A stretch of 64,000 nucleotides of DNA, taken from assembly GCF_000150275.1 (NCBI RefSeq), contig NW_002060953.1:2159429-2223428 (forward strand), read 5' to 3'. Position 1 is the first letter of the stretch. Every line of letters begins with the position of its first letter. This stretch comes from Trichoplax adhaerens. Taxonomy: Eukaryota; Animalia; Placozoa. The notes under the pieces were generated by a model, which was given only the letters and a program-made list of their open reading frames with translations, had not been told where the DNA came from and did not search any database. A program made the translations under genes and the position numbers. Positions 38,801 through 50,809 of the stretch are shown piece after piece.

Positions 38801-40790
38801 TACCTGTCCTTTCTAGGTATTGAATACATTCGTAAATAACTCGAGGCAGACAAATGTTATGGGTATTGCTACTTCGTTCTATAGCAACTTCTAGCGGTAC
38901 GCCAAATACTGGTTGAGCATCTAAAAAATAAATAGATGATTAACAAACAGCGTCCATTACTACTGTAGCATCGTTATACTTTTACTACTGTAGTCATGAA
39001 TACCCTAACATGTCGGTGTTAATTTCATTTATCAAGTCGTCTAATTTACATTATCGCCAGTCGATTACGGACGATTGGCTGATAGGGTAGTTTAATTATA
39101 CCTTATTGAAGTGATTATTTAGCCAGTAAAAATGCGTCAATTATACCATGACATAAAGTCTAGACTAGACAATATTTTTTTGTCTTGTCTATTTCTCGTA
39201 TAGCTTGCAAAAAGTCAATCAACCGGTGATTTTGCAAGTGTTCACTTACAGCAATACGATCAGCATCTTAATTCTATACTATGACTCAAGATTAAGATAT
39301 GGAGCCATGAATGACTGGATGATTGATTAAGAGAGTAATCTACGCATGGAGAATGTTGCTACTAATACAAGGTTGTTGCTTTGTAAATAGTGCACGAACA
39401 AGAAAGCTTCTACTACAATTGCTTGTTTAATTGGATCACGGCAAAGCTTTACAATATAAATAGTGCTTATGAATAAATCAACATCATCGATCCTCCTCGT
39501 CGTTGGGGCTAGTAGTATCATTTTGAAATGGATTGGTAGTCCGCTGTATTAGTACTTGCAATTACTTGGTATAGCCAGGGACTCCTGTAAGGCCAATTCT
39601 TCAAGTCCCTGGTCTAGCTGTGGTTGATTTTGATATTTAGGCGTAAAATGATGTGATGGAAAATGACGTCAGCAATCAAAATGATGCATCGAATCGGCAA
39701 TGAAACATAAACGGCGTATTGGGGATGTTGTAAACGCTTAAAATAGCGTCCATTTCCACTTGAAAAGTAGAAGAGTCTATATGCATGTCTTGGTCGGAAA
39801 TAGTCTATGCTTGCATCTTATGATGACAAGTGGATTTGAACTTAGAATAAGAGTACAGTACAGTAGTTGTGTTGATGCGATGTTTTTTTTTGGTCCTTTT
39901 ATGGCCAAGGGCTAGTTGCTGGGTATTTCGATTACCGTTTAGACGTGAAGAATAACCTACCTGAATTTATTGCTTGAGCGGTTGTAGTATTAAGGCCAGC
40001 ATCTCCAGGTTTCTTTACTTTAAAGCGGCCTCTCATTAAATTTTTAACAAAAGAGCTGCTCTTCTTGACTTTAGCAGTCTTTTTCTTGCTTTTACCACCC
40101 CTATAAAAGATGCAAATGGCAATTAGCATCGATCACTACGCTGTCAGTGAATTGGTTATTATTATCTTATCCTATTTGTGACAAGGGAAATCAACCACAA
40201 TCGATCCTTGGAAGAGATTCTGTCTCTTTTAGCATTATTTTGATCAACAGTATCGCTATCCATCGTCGCTTGGAAGACGAATGAATCACGACATTGTAGG
40301 CCGATGAAAATGGAAGGCATGAAAAAATGTTGACCGCAAGATAAAAGCTGTTGATTTAACGTTAGTCCACCTAGACGATATGATCGACAATACCTCTACC
40401 ATGATCTATCCATGATGGTTAAGCTAAAAAGAATTGATTTGGAACAATTTGAGTGTCCAAGATAGCGATCGCTGTTGAAAATATTCCTATTTTCAACAGT
40501 CGATAGGGGATGGTATCGAGGAAAGAGGAGTCTACCACCTCCCACTCGATCCCAATCTTCTATAGACAAGTATGTCTCTCATCGGGCAACATCGATACTG
40601 TATAGACATGGATCACCAACTACTGGGAGAAGCATAGCGCAAGTTTGGTAAAGCAAACGATCCATCGATCGATCATTTCTTACTTGGTGATGGTGTTGCC
40701 ATCGTCTTCATCATCATCACGAAATTTCACTGCTTCCAATTTGCAGTCTTCATCATCGGAATCCATGGTTAACGTTTCTGTTTCCGCCAT
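35864..40790 (-). CDS. RALBP1: RalA-binding protein 1-like (RhoGAP domain plus Ral-binding coiled coils), multi-exon
   Basis: Lys-rich N-terminal exon (40100-39961); PVFGVPLEVAIER...ECIQYLE; EGIYRVSG; VAGLLKLYLRELP; NKMTLPNMVIVLGPTL; ELLWAAQRKLTELSRQ; IHEQRQACIDLKVQIKLL; stop at 35866-35864. First exon 40790-40684 is less certain. Confidence 0.85.
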
Positions 40791-41229
40791 TGCATGAGTA
40801 TGCAGTCTCGATGCACCTTTCCGATTGACAGCCATTTTGCTGCTTGTTGACTACTGGTCAAGTCGGCCTTGGGTATGTCAGTGGTCAGGCAGGTCGATCG
40901 ACTTGTGCGTCAACCCACCAGCGTTACAGTCGATACTCTACAGTACGCCAGTGGTGCACCGCTAAGGCATGTCGGCAGGGCCGCTGGCGCTGGACACCGT
41001 GTAGTCGCTCAAGGCGAGGTAAGATCAAGTAGTCTTATTATGCAGGATGGAGTGAGTTTGTAAGCTTGTAGGGCAATCAAGCACAGTGGATTCAGTCTGC
41101 CCTTTCCAAGTGCTCATTGCACTGTAGGCCAAAACGACTGTCGCCTCCACTCTACTAGTCTTGCCATAGTCGTCCATGGCTCTCCTGCTGTGTACTGAGT
41201 GGTGCCATGATCCTGTGGTGATGCGTGTG

Positions 41230-41282
41230 CGTACAGTACATACTGTACTAAAGTACTGTAGAAAACCAGGGCTGTACTGTAG
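41230..41282. promoter_or_regulatory. TACAGTA/TACTGTA motif cluster upstream of RALBP1
   Basis: cgtacagtacatactgtactaaagtactgta...gtactgta about 450 bp 5' of the ATG. Confidence 0.4.
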
Positions 41283-41387
41283 CCCAGGGAGGTCCGCAGT
41301 TGGGCTTAGCCTATCAAAACGCCTTTCTCTGCCAGACTATCCTCCATCGAGCAGACCTCTGCAGACAACGAGGTCGTGCGCTGATAG

Positions 41388-42410
41388 TGCATTGGAAAAT
41401 GGACATCACATACTGTAGAACCCAACCAAAGTGCCTCAACGTTGCGGCAAATCACCACTCCACGTTCAAAGTGAAGAACCAAGGTGTAAAACATTTGCTT
41501 GGTGCAGTTAAGAAGGAGGTAGCAAAGCAAAACACGACGTGGTGCAATATTTTGCAACAGTTCGTGAAATGGGATTGATCGACGAACTGGCTGCTTCCAT
41601 CAAAAATGATATTGTGCAATAGCATTGCAATCCAAATCGGATACTGCATCAGTGAATGCGCTGACATTGCATTGGAAAATGGACATCACATACCGTAGTA
41701 CCCAACCAAAGTGCCTCAACGTTGCGGCAAATCACTGCGTGGTGTAATATTTTGCAACAGTTCGTGAAATGGGATTGATCGACGAACTGGCTGCTTCCAT
41801 CAAGATGATATTGTGCAATAGCATTGCAATCCAAATCGGATACTACATCAGTGAATGCGCTGACATTGCATTGGAAAATGGACATCACATACCGTAGTAC
41901 CCAACCAAAGTGCCTCAACGTTGCGGCAAATCACCACTCCACGTTCAAAGTGAAGAACCAAGGTGCAAAACATTTGCTTGGTGCAGTTAAGAAGGAGGTA
42001 GCAAAGCAAAACACTGACGTGGTGTAATATTTTGCAACAGTTCGTGAAATGGGATTGATCGACGAACTGGCTGCTTCCATCAAAATGATGTTGTGTAATA
42101 GCATTGGAATCCAAATCGGATACTGCATCAGTGAATGCGCTGACATTGCTTGGAAAATGGACATCACATACCGTACCAGAGTGCCTAAGTTGCGGCAAAT
42201 CACCACTCTACGCCAAAGGTGAAGAAGTAAGGTGCAAACATTTGAGTGGTGAGGTGAAGAAGCAGTCAAGAAGCAGGTTGCAAAGCAAAACACTGCGTGG
42301 TGCAGTATTTTGCTGCACTTCGTGAAATGGGATTGATCTACAAACTGACTGCTTGCATCAAAATAATATTGTGCAACATCATTGGAATCCGAGTCGGATA
42401 GTACATCGAA
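41388..42410. repeat. Tandem array of a ~280-bp unit (4 copies; copy 2 has a ~80-bp internal deletion, copy 4 is diverged)
   Basis: Anchor TTGGAAAATGGACATCACATAC at ~41392, ~41672, ~41871 and ~42150. Confidence 0.92.
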
Positions 42411-43328
42411 TACTATGGCAATGAAACTTCCATACGTGAAACACTTTAAACAAACGGATTAGTCATCAAGCGTTTTGATGGATGCTAAACCAGGAAGTTG
42501 CACTTCATGCTTCCACTTTGGCTTCCTTGTTTAGTTATAGTATGCACCATTCAATTTTCAATTGAATCCAGATTATACCATGAACAGATACCTCCACCCA
42601 AGGCTGCAGCTTGAGTGGCATGATAACTGTCCATTTTTCCCACAACTTACTAGAATTTCATTTTCAATTCAGGTCTGCATTCTGATAGGCTTGACGTTCT
42701 GTCAGCGAAACGGTAACCAATGAATTTATCCTCCATGAAGAGATTTTATGCTTGTATGAAAGATTCCGCATTAGCATTCATTTCTTCCTTGACTTCTATG
42801 CTGAACTCTTTTAACAGAATCTTTGTACGATACTAAAGTGTAGCACAGCAAATAGAAACTATTTTTTATACTACCATACTTCATGCAGCTTAATCTTGCA
42901 CAGCATAAATGATCTCATTCTCAATTCTTAGGCATACAGCACTAGACGGTAGTAATTGAAAGCTTCTTGTTATAACATCAAAAGCGAGTTAGAAAGTACC
43001 GTGTACCCGTATGCCTGTGCAACAATAGGCATGCTACAGTACTGCTTGCTTTCGAATGAATCCATCTCAAATTGAGGATTTACAACGTTTGCATTGAACT
43101 ATCCGAGAAGATAATGCATTCTTAACAACCTGTAAAACCTTGATGTCGCGAATAATAGTTCAACAGCTTCAAATCTTGGAATCATTTATGACCAAGATTT
43201 CAAAGTATTCATAGAGTGCATGATTTAGCACAGTTTATCTGTCAGATCATGGTGCTGACGAGTGATCGTTCAGCAGCTTCAAATCTTCAAATCAAGCTTT
43301 TAACCAAGATTTCAAAGCAGTGATGAAT

Positions 43329-43373
43329 CCTAGACCATGGACTACTAAAATTTTGAGTAGTCCATGCCTAGAC
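43329..43373. mobile_element. 31-bp palindromic insertion with 7-bp target-site duplication; P/Galileo-superfamily footprint or micro-MITE
   Basis: CCTAGAC [CATGGACTACT AAAATTTTG AGTAGTCCATG] CCTAGAC. Confidence 0.75.
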
Positions 43374-44407
43374 TTCCACCAGTTCATGATTTAGTACAAT
43401 TTCTGTACCATCTCATTATGTTACTAACGCGATCGAGTGCTAATACGATAAGTTTTGAAACTGTATAGATGTCATAGATAAACTACAAGACTCATTCTTC
43501 AGATAGGATAGCATAACCTCTACTCAAAAGTCAATCAAACTGAAGGATCCTCAATATCAGTAAAGCACCGTGGTCAGATTCATAGAACGACTAAAGTTTC
43601 TGCTACACACTTAGCCTAGAGGAGTAATTGTAGAAGGGAACAAATGGGAATACGTTGCCCGCGTAAGATAAAGCGACACCATAATAAAGTTAAGTTAATC
43701 CAACTGTGATACCCAATGAATGATCCATCGCGCTATCATCTGTTTCCAAGAAAAAAGCCAAACGCTAGAGTAAACTTCAAAGCAACCGAGCCTATTGATC
43801 ATCAGTATGCGAGCACTTTACTGCATTCATAGCTAATCAAAATAGGGGCTTGCCCATTCCATCGGTGCTCCATTGAACAGATTAAATTGAAGTAACCCTA
43901 ATTTTAACGAGTCCAAATAGGCTTGCAAGATTGCAATTATGCAAATGAGGAGAGTATGCTAGTAGGCATCCAATCAGATACTGCTCGAAGCAAACACAAA
44001 CATATTGCCTTTTTTATTTCAAGGCCATCGTTTGCGGCCAACTGTCTTGCAGACAATCTCTCTATTGTTGATCTCATGTTTACGACGTTGGGTAGAATCG
44101 TCGAATGGATAACGCATTATTCGAGGCATGAATCATTCGGTCAGCAATTAAAAAGATTCTTCCTGTTGTACAACTTAAACCATTTTCTACCATTACATAG
44201 GAAGCTGCTGGCCGATTGTTAAGGAGACAATTTCTGAGAGTTTACTGCAATTAGCTACATTAGACCATCAGTGGATCAAGACTACACGTAGTAACTTGAT
44301 TGCTATCAATCCCTTTGAAGAATTACGTAACTATCAAAATAAAATAAAATAAAAATTAATTCCCTCATCGTTTGTAACCAGATCGCGACTGGCCTTTCTA
44401 GGATAGC

Positions 44408-47400
44408 ATGAAAGCCATCACGTTTAATTCTCTCCTGCTGCTGTTTGCCGCGGTTGTATTACTTCATTGTATGGCTGTCGTTCAATGCCAGAGTGAACAT
44501 GGTAGCCAAGATACTCATCAGACCAGCCATGGATCCAATCAAACGGATCATTCAACCGATGAAGAAGGCCAAATCCGCGTTGCTGGATTTAACTTTGTCC
44601 ATGTCCAGACACCGTTCATTATCTCAATATTTATAGCTGTGATCATTATTTGCAAAATAGGTAAAGTGTGTTCATCGACCTAGCTAAGAGCGTAGATACT
44701 CTGCCATACTAGATTGACAACATGATTGGATGCGATGGTCCAATTCTAATCAGGAATGGACGATAGAGCCAACTGTGATTTATCGTAGCTATTTGTATGA
44801 GTAAACATAAACATTCTATGCGGTATATTTCTAACTACGCTATTGAAGGTGAAGAAAATGCGACTTTTCAATCGAGTGAGAGTAAATTGACCTTGGTGCA
44901 GTAGAGTTAGTGTCAGTAATATACCGTGGCATAGAATGAATTCTTCATCACTTGATAATCTACAGTATATCACAACCTGACTATCGTTCCCCATCTTAAT
45001 TTTCATAAATTTCATACGACTATGAGTCATTCACGCCTTCAAAAACTTGAAAATATCGTATCCGTATATCACAGTTTTACTATATATATTTCCAAAGTGC
45101 TATCTTAAACATTCAAATGATGTTGAAATCATGCATTCGAACAATTTTAATCCATCTTTCGATCGAATATTTCGCTAATGACTTCATATAGATTTATTGA
45201 TACGCCCATCTCGAACATTCATATGGATGACATCATTTCAAACTATAGTTGATGATGGCCCCTAACTCATTTTTAGACTATCTGCAGTATCGCCATTGTA
45301 TCTGTTGTAAATTGAAGTGAATAGTATGATTCATTCCTTAGATACACTTTGCTGCTTTCCGTTTCCCTAACCATTTTTTATTTTTATTCTTTTGCTAATT
45401 GGCTTGTAGTCTTCCATCGATCAGAGTTCCTAACTTCAACTATTCCAGAATCTGTGTAAGTACCGGTAACTGTTTGACTGCCTATTGCATATATCAATGC
45501 ATTTCAAGCTTTCTACTACCAATCTTGATACATCGATGGACCTGGCTGCAGAATCTTTCATTTTGTATCAGCTACTAATGCACTACGACACCTTATACTA
45601 TGATTATTATTGATTGTTGATAAATTAGACTACTAATCGTCGTTGGCATAGCTATGGGAGGATTCCTATCGTAAGTTACTATAGCCGCTTAATGGAGAGG
45701 ATATTAAATGAAATGCAATAACTTCAATAGCTTAAATCACGACATCGAGCAGTTTCTGCTAAAATAGAGACTGGCACACACCTAGATGGGGTTCATATCA
45801 TAAATGGAATGCCAACACTACTATCTTCACAATCTACAAGTTAAATTTGTAACATTACGATTACCTTTGCTTGTTTGCAATGAGTATATCATCAGATGCG
45901 AAATAGAGACTTACAATGGAAAATATTGTCGCCATTGGTTGTAATATCTTCTGTGTTTGGGTAAATTCAAAATTCAACTAATTAATTGACTGATCTGATG
46001 CTTAAACAGAGCCTTCAATGTACAATATTCCTTGGAAACAACTATTTTCTTTCAGTTCCTACTACCGCCGTAAGTATGGATTGATAGGTATTAGATATTG
46101 CTTAAAATGTAGCATCCATCAATACATGCGAGTATTATACTTAATTTATTTAATATTCGTAAATCAGAATTTCTCTACCCTAATTGACCTAATTTCAGTA
46201 CGTTCTAGTACTAATCTATGGATTTACTGCAGTAATGACTCCGACTTAAAGTAGACGGTCTTTCAGAAATACACTCACTAATCTATCATATCTTCACATA
46301 CTCAGCATCGTCTGTAGCATCTGTTAAAAGTACTTTTTTAATTTTTGATGATGGATTGCTGCTGCAATAATTAATATTATTTCCAACTTGAATCCTACGA
46401 CAAATAATTTTAAGGGCCAAATCATACTCACAAGATAGCTACAGACTTGCCCTAATGTTTAAATTTTTTTATCTGACCAGAACAATTGTTTCTAACATTT
46501 TTCCAGTTTAACTAATACTACTTCTGTAGAACATTGCTTAGTACGAATTCACCTTCAGATGATAAAACCCTCATGGTGACCAATGTATATATATAACGAC
46601 CGTAAACTGACATTTCTTTATTAATAAATCTAGAATCATGCTGGAATCTGGATATTTTCTATATAACAAAGTCTTCTTTAGCAATCTTGGCACTATCTTA
46701 TTATTTGCATTTATTGTAAGTTATTGGTCATATTAAATCAGCAATAGTCAATGCTTATCACGTTGAGTTTGCTTACTATTTCTCGAAACTAAGTTCTATC
46801 ATATGTTTGATCATATAGGGGACTTTATTTAATGCAATGGCAATCGGTTCGTCCGTTATTTTGAACTTATCGGTGCCATTATCTATTTTGTTTTTAATCT
46901 ATTCTAAAATTACTCCCTAAAAAATAACTTAGTTCTTGGAAATTAATATCGGATTACAGTTTATTTTTTTTGTGATTTATGTAATTCTTACCAATCTCGC
47001 AATTCTGTAACTTATTTTAAATTACAGGCAGTTCGCTATTTGGTTGTGTTGTTGGTGGCTTAACAGGAATTGCTCCTAGTAACATGACTTACCTGCACAG
47101 TCTGGTATTTGGCAGCTTAATTTCTGCTGTAGATCCAGTAGCAGTAAGTTCTCTGTTATGCATCATCGTTTCATCGCTTACATTGTACTCTAGCTATAGT
47201 TAAATTACTTATTGCATTCTTTCAATTCATTCCATTTTTAGGTAATTGCAGTATTTGATGACGTCCACGTCAATGAGCAGTTATACTTTTTAGTATTTGG
47301 GGAATCATTACTTAATGGTATTTTTTGTCTGAATTTTATTAGAGTAACACGTTAAAGCTTTTCAAATGGATCAAGTAATCTTATTGTCTGATACTATGTT

Positions 47401-50400
47401 ATACGTCCATGTTAATTTATTCTTCTAGATGCTGTTACTGTGGTACTATATAAGTTAATGTACGCATTAAGCCTTTTGCCTACTATCGAAGGCGGGATGG
47501 TAAATACGTACCAAGAACTGATACCATTCTTACACCATTCTTACATTCTAATCTAACTATATTTCTTTCTACTAGGTTGCTCTCGGCATCTTTTCCATGT
47601 TTGTTGTCAGTATCGGTGGGATTGTTATTGGTTTGCTTTATGGCATGCTGGCGGCATTTTTCACTAAATATACTCGCCATGTTGAAAGTATATTACAGTT
47701 TGCTTATTTGCATTATATAAGTCAAATGCATCTAAGTATTAAGTTCACTATTTCCTAACCAATCCTTCCGCTTGTGTGCTTTACTTTCAGTCTTGGAACC
47801 AATGCTTATCCTTGTGATTGCTTATATGTCTTACCTTACAGCAGAGATGCTTGAATGGTCCGGTATCATGAGGTAAAAAATATCTAAGCTCCTTGACTTC
47901 TCAATTGCAAAGACTCATGATAATTGTCTAACAAATTTCTCAATACGCATTATTTAATATCGTAGTATTGCAACGTGCGGGCTAGCTTTAAAACATTACG
48001 CTGAATCCAACATAACTAATGGGTCACTTATAACCTTAAAGTACTTTCTAAAGTCATTAAGGTAAAGTAAACGAATTGATCACCTGTTTATCTTAATTAT
48101 TTACTAATGTAAAAAGCCCCTGTCTAGCGTAGTCAACAGACACAGTACTCTGATATAATTATTGTTTCCATTGTAAATACTTTCATTTAGCTCTAGCGCG
48201 GAATCTATTATTTTCTTGTTCCTTGGTCTATCATTATTTAAAGTTAAACATCATTGGGATATTGGCTTTATTCTTTGGACTCTATTGTTTTGCCTAGTAT
48301 TCCGAATTTTGGGTAAGAAAACCTAGTATCTTATTCATAGATACTTTTTTCCTGAATTCATTTCATCATATATAGGTGTTGTGATCTTTACGTTCCTGGT
48401 CAATAAATATAGACACCATAAAATTGATATCGTTGATCAATTTATTATGGTAAGATTTATATAGAAGCATTGCTCTACATTATTTTGAATTCGAGCTAAT
48501 AGAAAGGAATCTAAAATTGAATCTCTTTGACCGACGTTAGAGTTATGGCGGACTTCGAGGAGCTGTAGCATTTTCACTTGCTGTCTTGCTCAATCATGAG
48601 AAAGTGCCAGCTAAAGATCTAATGACTACGACGGCTTTAGTTGTCATTCTATTTACTGTTTTTATACAGGTAGAGTCCTTTAACTGAGTAATATCAACGA
48701 GATACCATCATCGATATCGTATTTATTGATATATCATGAAGTACTACTGTAATAACAAAGATAAATGGGGTTTGTGTAAAACAATTTCTTAATTGTAGGG
48801 TAGCACAATTAAACCTTTAGTTAACCTACTACACGTCAAGAGGAAAGTGACCAAGGATTTTACAATCAATGAACAAATCCAACTTGATGTAATTTTCATT
48901 CACATAATGAAGTATTGTATTAACGAAATTAACAGTATTTTTGTAAAGCGAAACTTGCTTGATGAGAAAACAATTCAAGCATAAAGTTATATTTCTTCTA
49001 GGTATTTAATCATATTAAGGCAGGGATAGAAGAAATTACTGGCCATTATTCTGACAGTTCCTTAAGGGTAAGAAATGAAAATACATCTATTTATTGTATT
49101 ATCAAAATTTTGGAATGTTGGCATGCTAGATTGTAATCATTAAGTTACACGATCTAAAATTAGTTTTACTGTAACAGTAGAACAAACATGTAAGACAAGA
49201 ACTTTACGAAATGAAATCTTTGATAATATAACTTATAATACCATAAAATACCGATGGCGCTAGATTTTTATATTTATGCTTACGTATTTGGACTGTTTAC
49301 CAAATTACAATAATATCATGGAAAGTAAATACATGACTTTAAAGGGAATATATATCCTATAAGCGTATCAAAGCCTGACGTAGCTTTGCATCAACAACCT
49401 CGGGCTTTCGCAGTTACAATTTCACAATTAAAAAGCAATCACCTAACTATAAAGCATTTATTTCAATTTGATGAAATTATTACATGCAAGCCTAAAGCCA
49501 ATCAAATTACATCTTGCATGACTGATGAATGCATAATTATGACCATTTCCGTAATAATTATTTTTCTTGTTTATTATGAATGTCATGAACAATTAATTTA
49601 CCTATTTTTTTTTTGGCTCTTCAATGGTCTACAGAACATATGGAATTATTACGATGATAAATACTTTAAAAAGCTTTTGCAACGAAATCCTGAATGTGGA
49701 AATTTCGACATAGTCCACCACTACGAGAAATTGCTTTATCAGTGAGTTTGATTAGCAGAAACCTATTTAAATTAATCAATTAAGTATTGGGTATTATTTA
49801 ATTCCAGTCTTTGCGCTTCTAAAATGTACTTAATTATAAAGTATGAGTTTCTAATGCAGAGACGCTGCTAAGAAATTAATGAAATCGGTCAGAAAGGGAG
49901 GAACTGAAGAGTAATTTTACCTGCATTTTTATATAATTATATTTTCAGTCTATATTATTCCCTTACATCAATAAAATTATTCTTTCTATATTTAATCTCA
50001 AATTGAAAATGTTTAACGAATTTTTATATTTCTCTTACACTTCTCCAATTAACTGGCCTACACGATAAACAAAATGATAGTGAAGATGTTCAGATAGCAT
50101 TAGTAAGTATTCAATTATTATTGAATTTCATTTGGTGTTGCGGATGGCAGCATGATTTCTATTACTGTGACTTTACAGATGAGTTTACAGAGTAATCCAG
50201 AGGAAGAGCCTCGGAAACATAAACCGGAGAGTACCATGGTGGCTAGTAAGCCTGAGCAAGCAAGTTCATCAACAGCTCCAGGACAGAGTTCTCATACGGC
50301 TGTGACTGTTGAACGGCAGCAATCAACAGGTGACGTATTAAGCGTTTAAGCGTGTTTTGAAGATATCAATTATTAGTTGGAAATACCTTACGACTTTCAT

Positions 50401-50809
50401 GTATCGCTATCTTTTACAGGATCAGAGGTCAAATATAGAATGAAAAGAAGAATATCTACAGAGGTTAGCAATCAAATTCAGTTAAATCTTATGATTGACC
50501 TCGTCTAACATTTTTACACTTAGAATTTATACAATGCTGTCCATATTGAATAAAAATTTAAGGAACAACCAACTTTACACTGAATCCTTAATTTAATTGT
50601 GACCTTTTTTGTTGCAAAAGTTTGAAGGTAGATACAACTATGGCAGGAGTAAAAGTACTGAAGAAGCAGCTCAAAACCAACTGAAAGCTAGAGAACGCTG
50701 GAGTATGATCTATGCCAAAAAGATAGATATCGTAAATCAAGTAAAAACCTATGAAGTGTCTGTAACATCAGCAGCTCCCACGAAAACATCCCATGATACT
50801 TACGTTTAA
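44408..50809 (+). CDS. Plasma-membrane-type Na+/H+ exchanger (SLC9A1-5/NHE1-3-like), roughly 20 exons, all GT-AG where resolved
   Basis: Signal peptide; [10 protein letters not shown]; IPESVLLIVVG; [15 protein letters not shown]; [17 protein letters not shown]; [16 protein letters not shown]; [14 protein letters not shown]; [10 protein letters not shown]. Tail exons are less certain; ends ...HDTYV*. Confidence 0.9.

Noticed and set aside
41300-42325. Overlapping ORFs on both strands and a CRISPR-like periodic appearance
   Set aside because: Products of a ~280-bp tandem repeat with no unique spacers, no cas genes and a eukaryotic context
46056-46069. Apparent 14-nt FLLPP microexon after ttcag
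   Set aside because: An upstream acceptor gives an in-frame 60-nt exon (46010-46069) that supplies the expected [12 protein letters not shown]
50464-50620. U12-like branch sequence ATCCTTAAT in the last intron of the plasma-membrane NHE
   Set aside because: The donor is GTTAGC (U2 type), the motif is about 28 nt from the acceptor, and a pyrimidine tract is present
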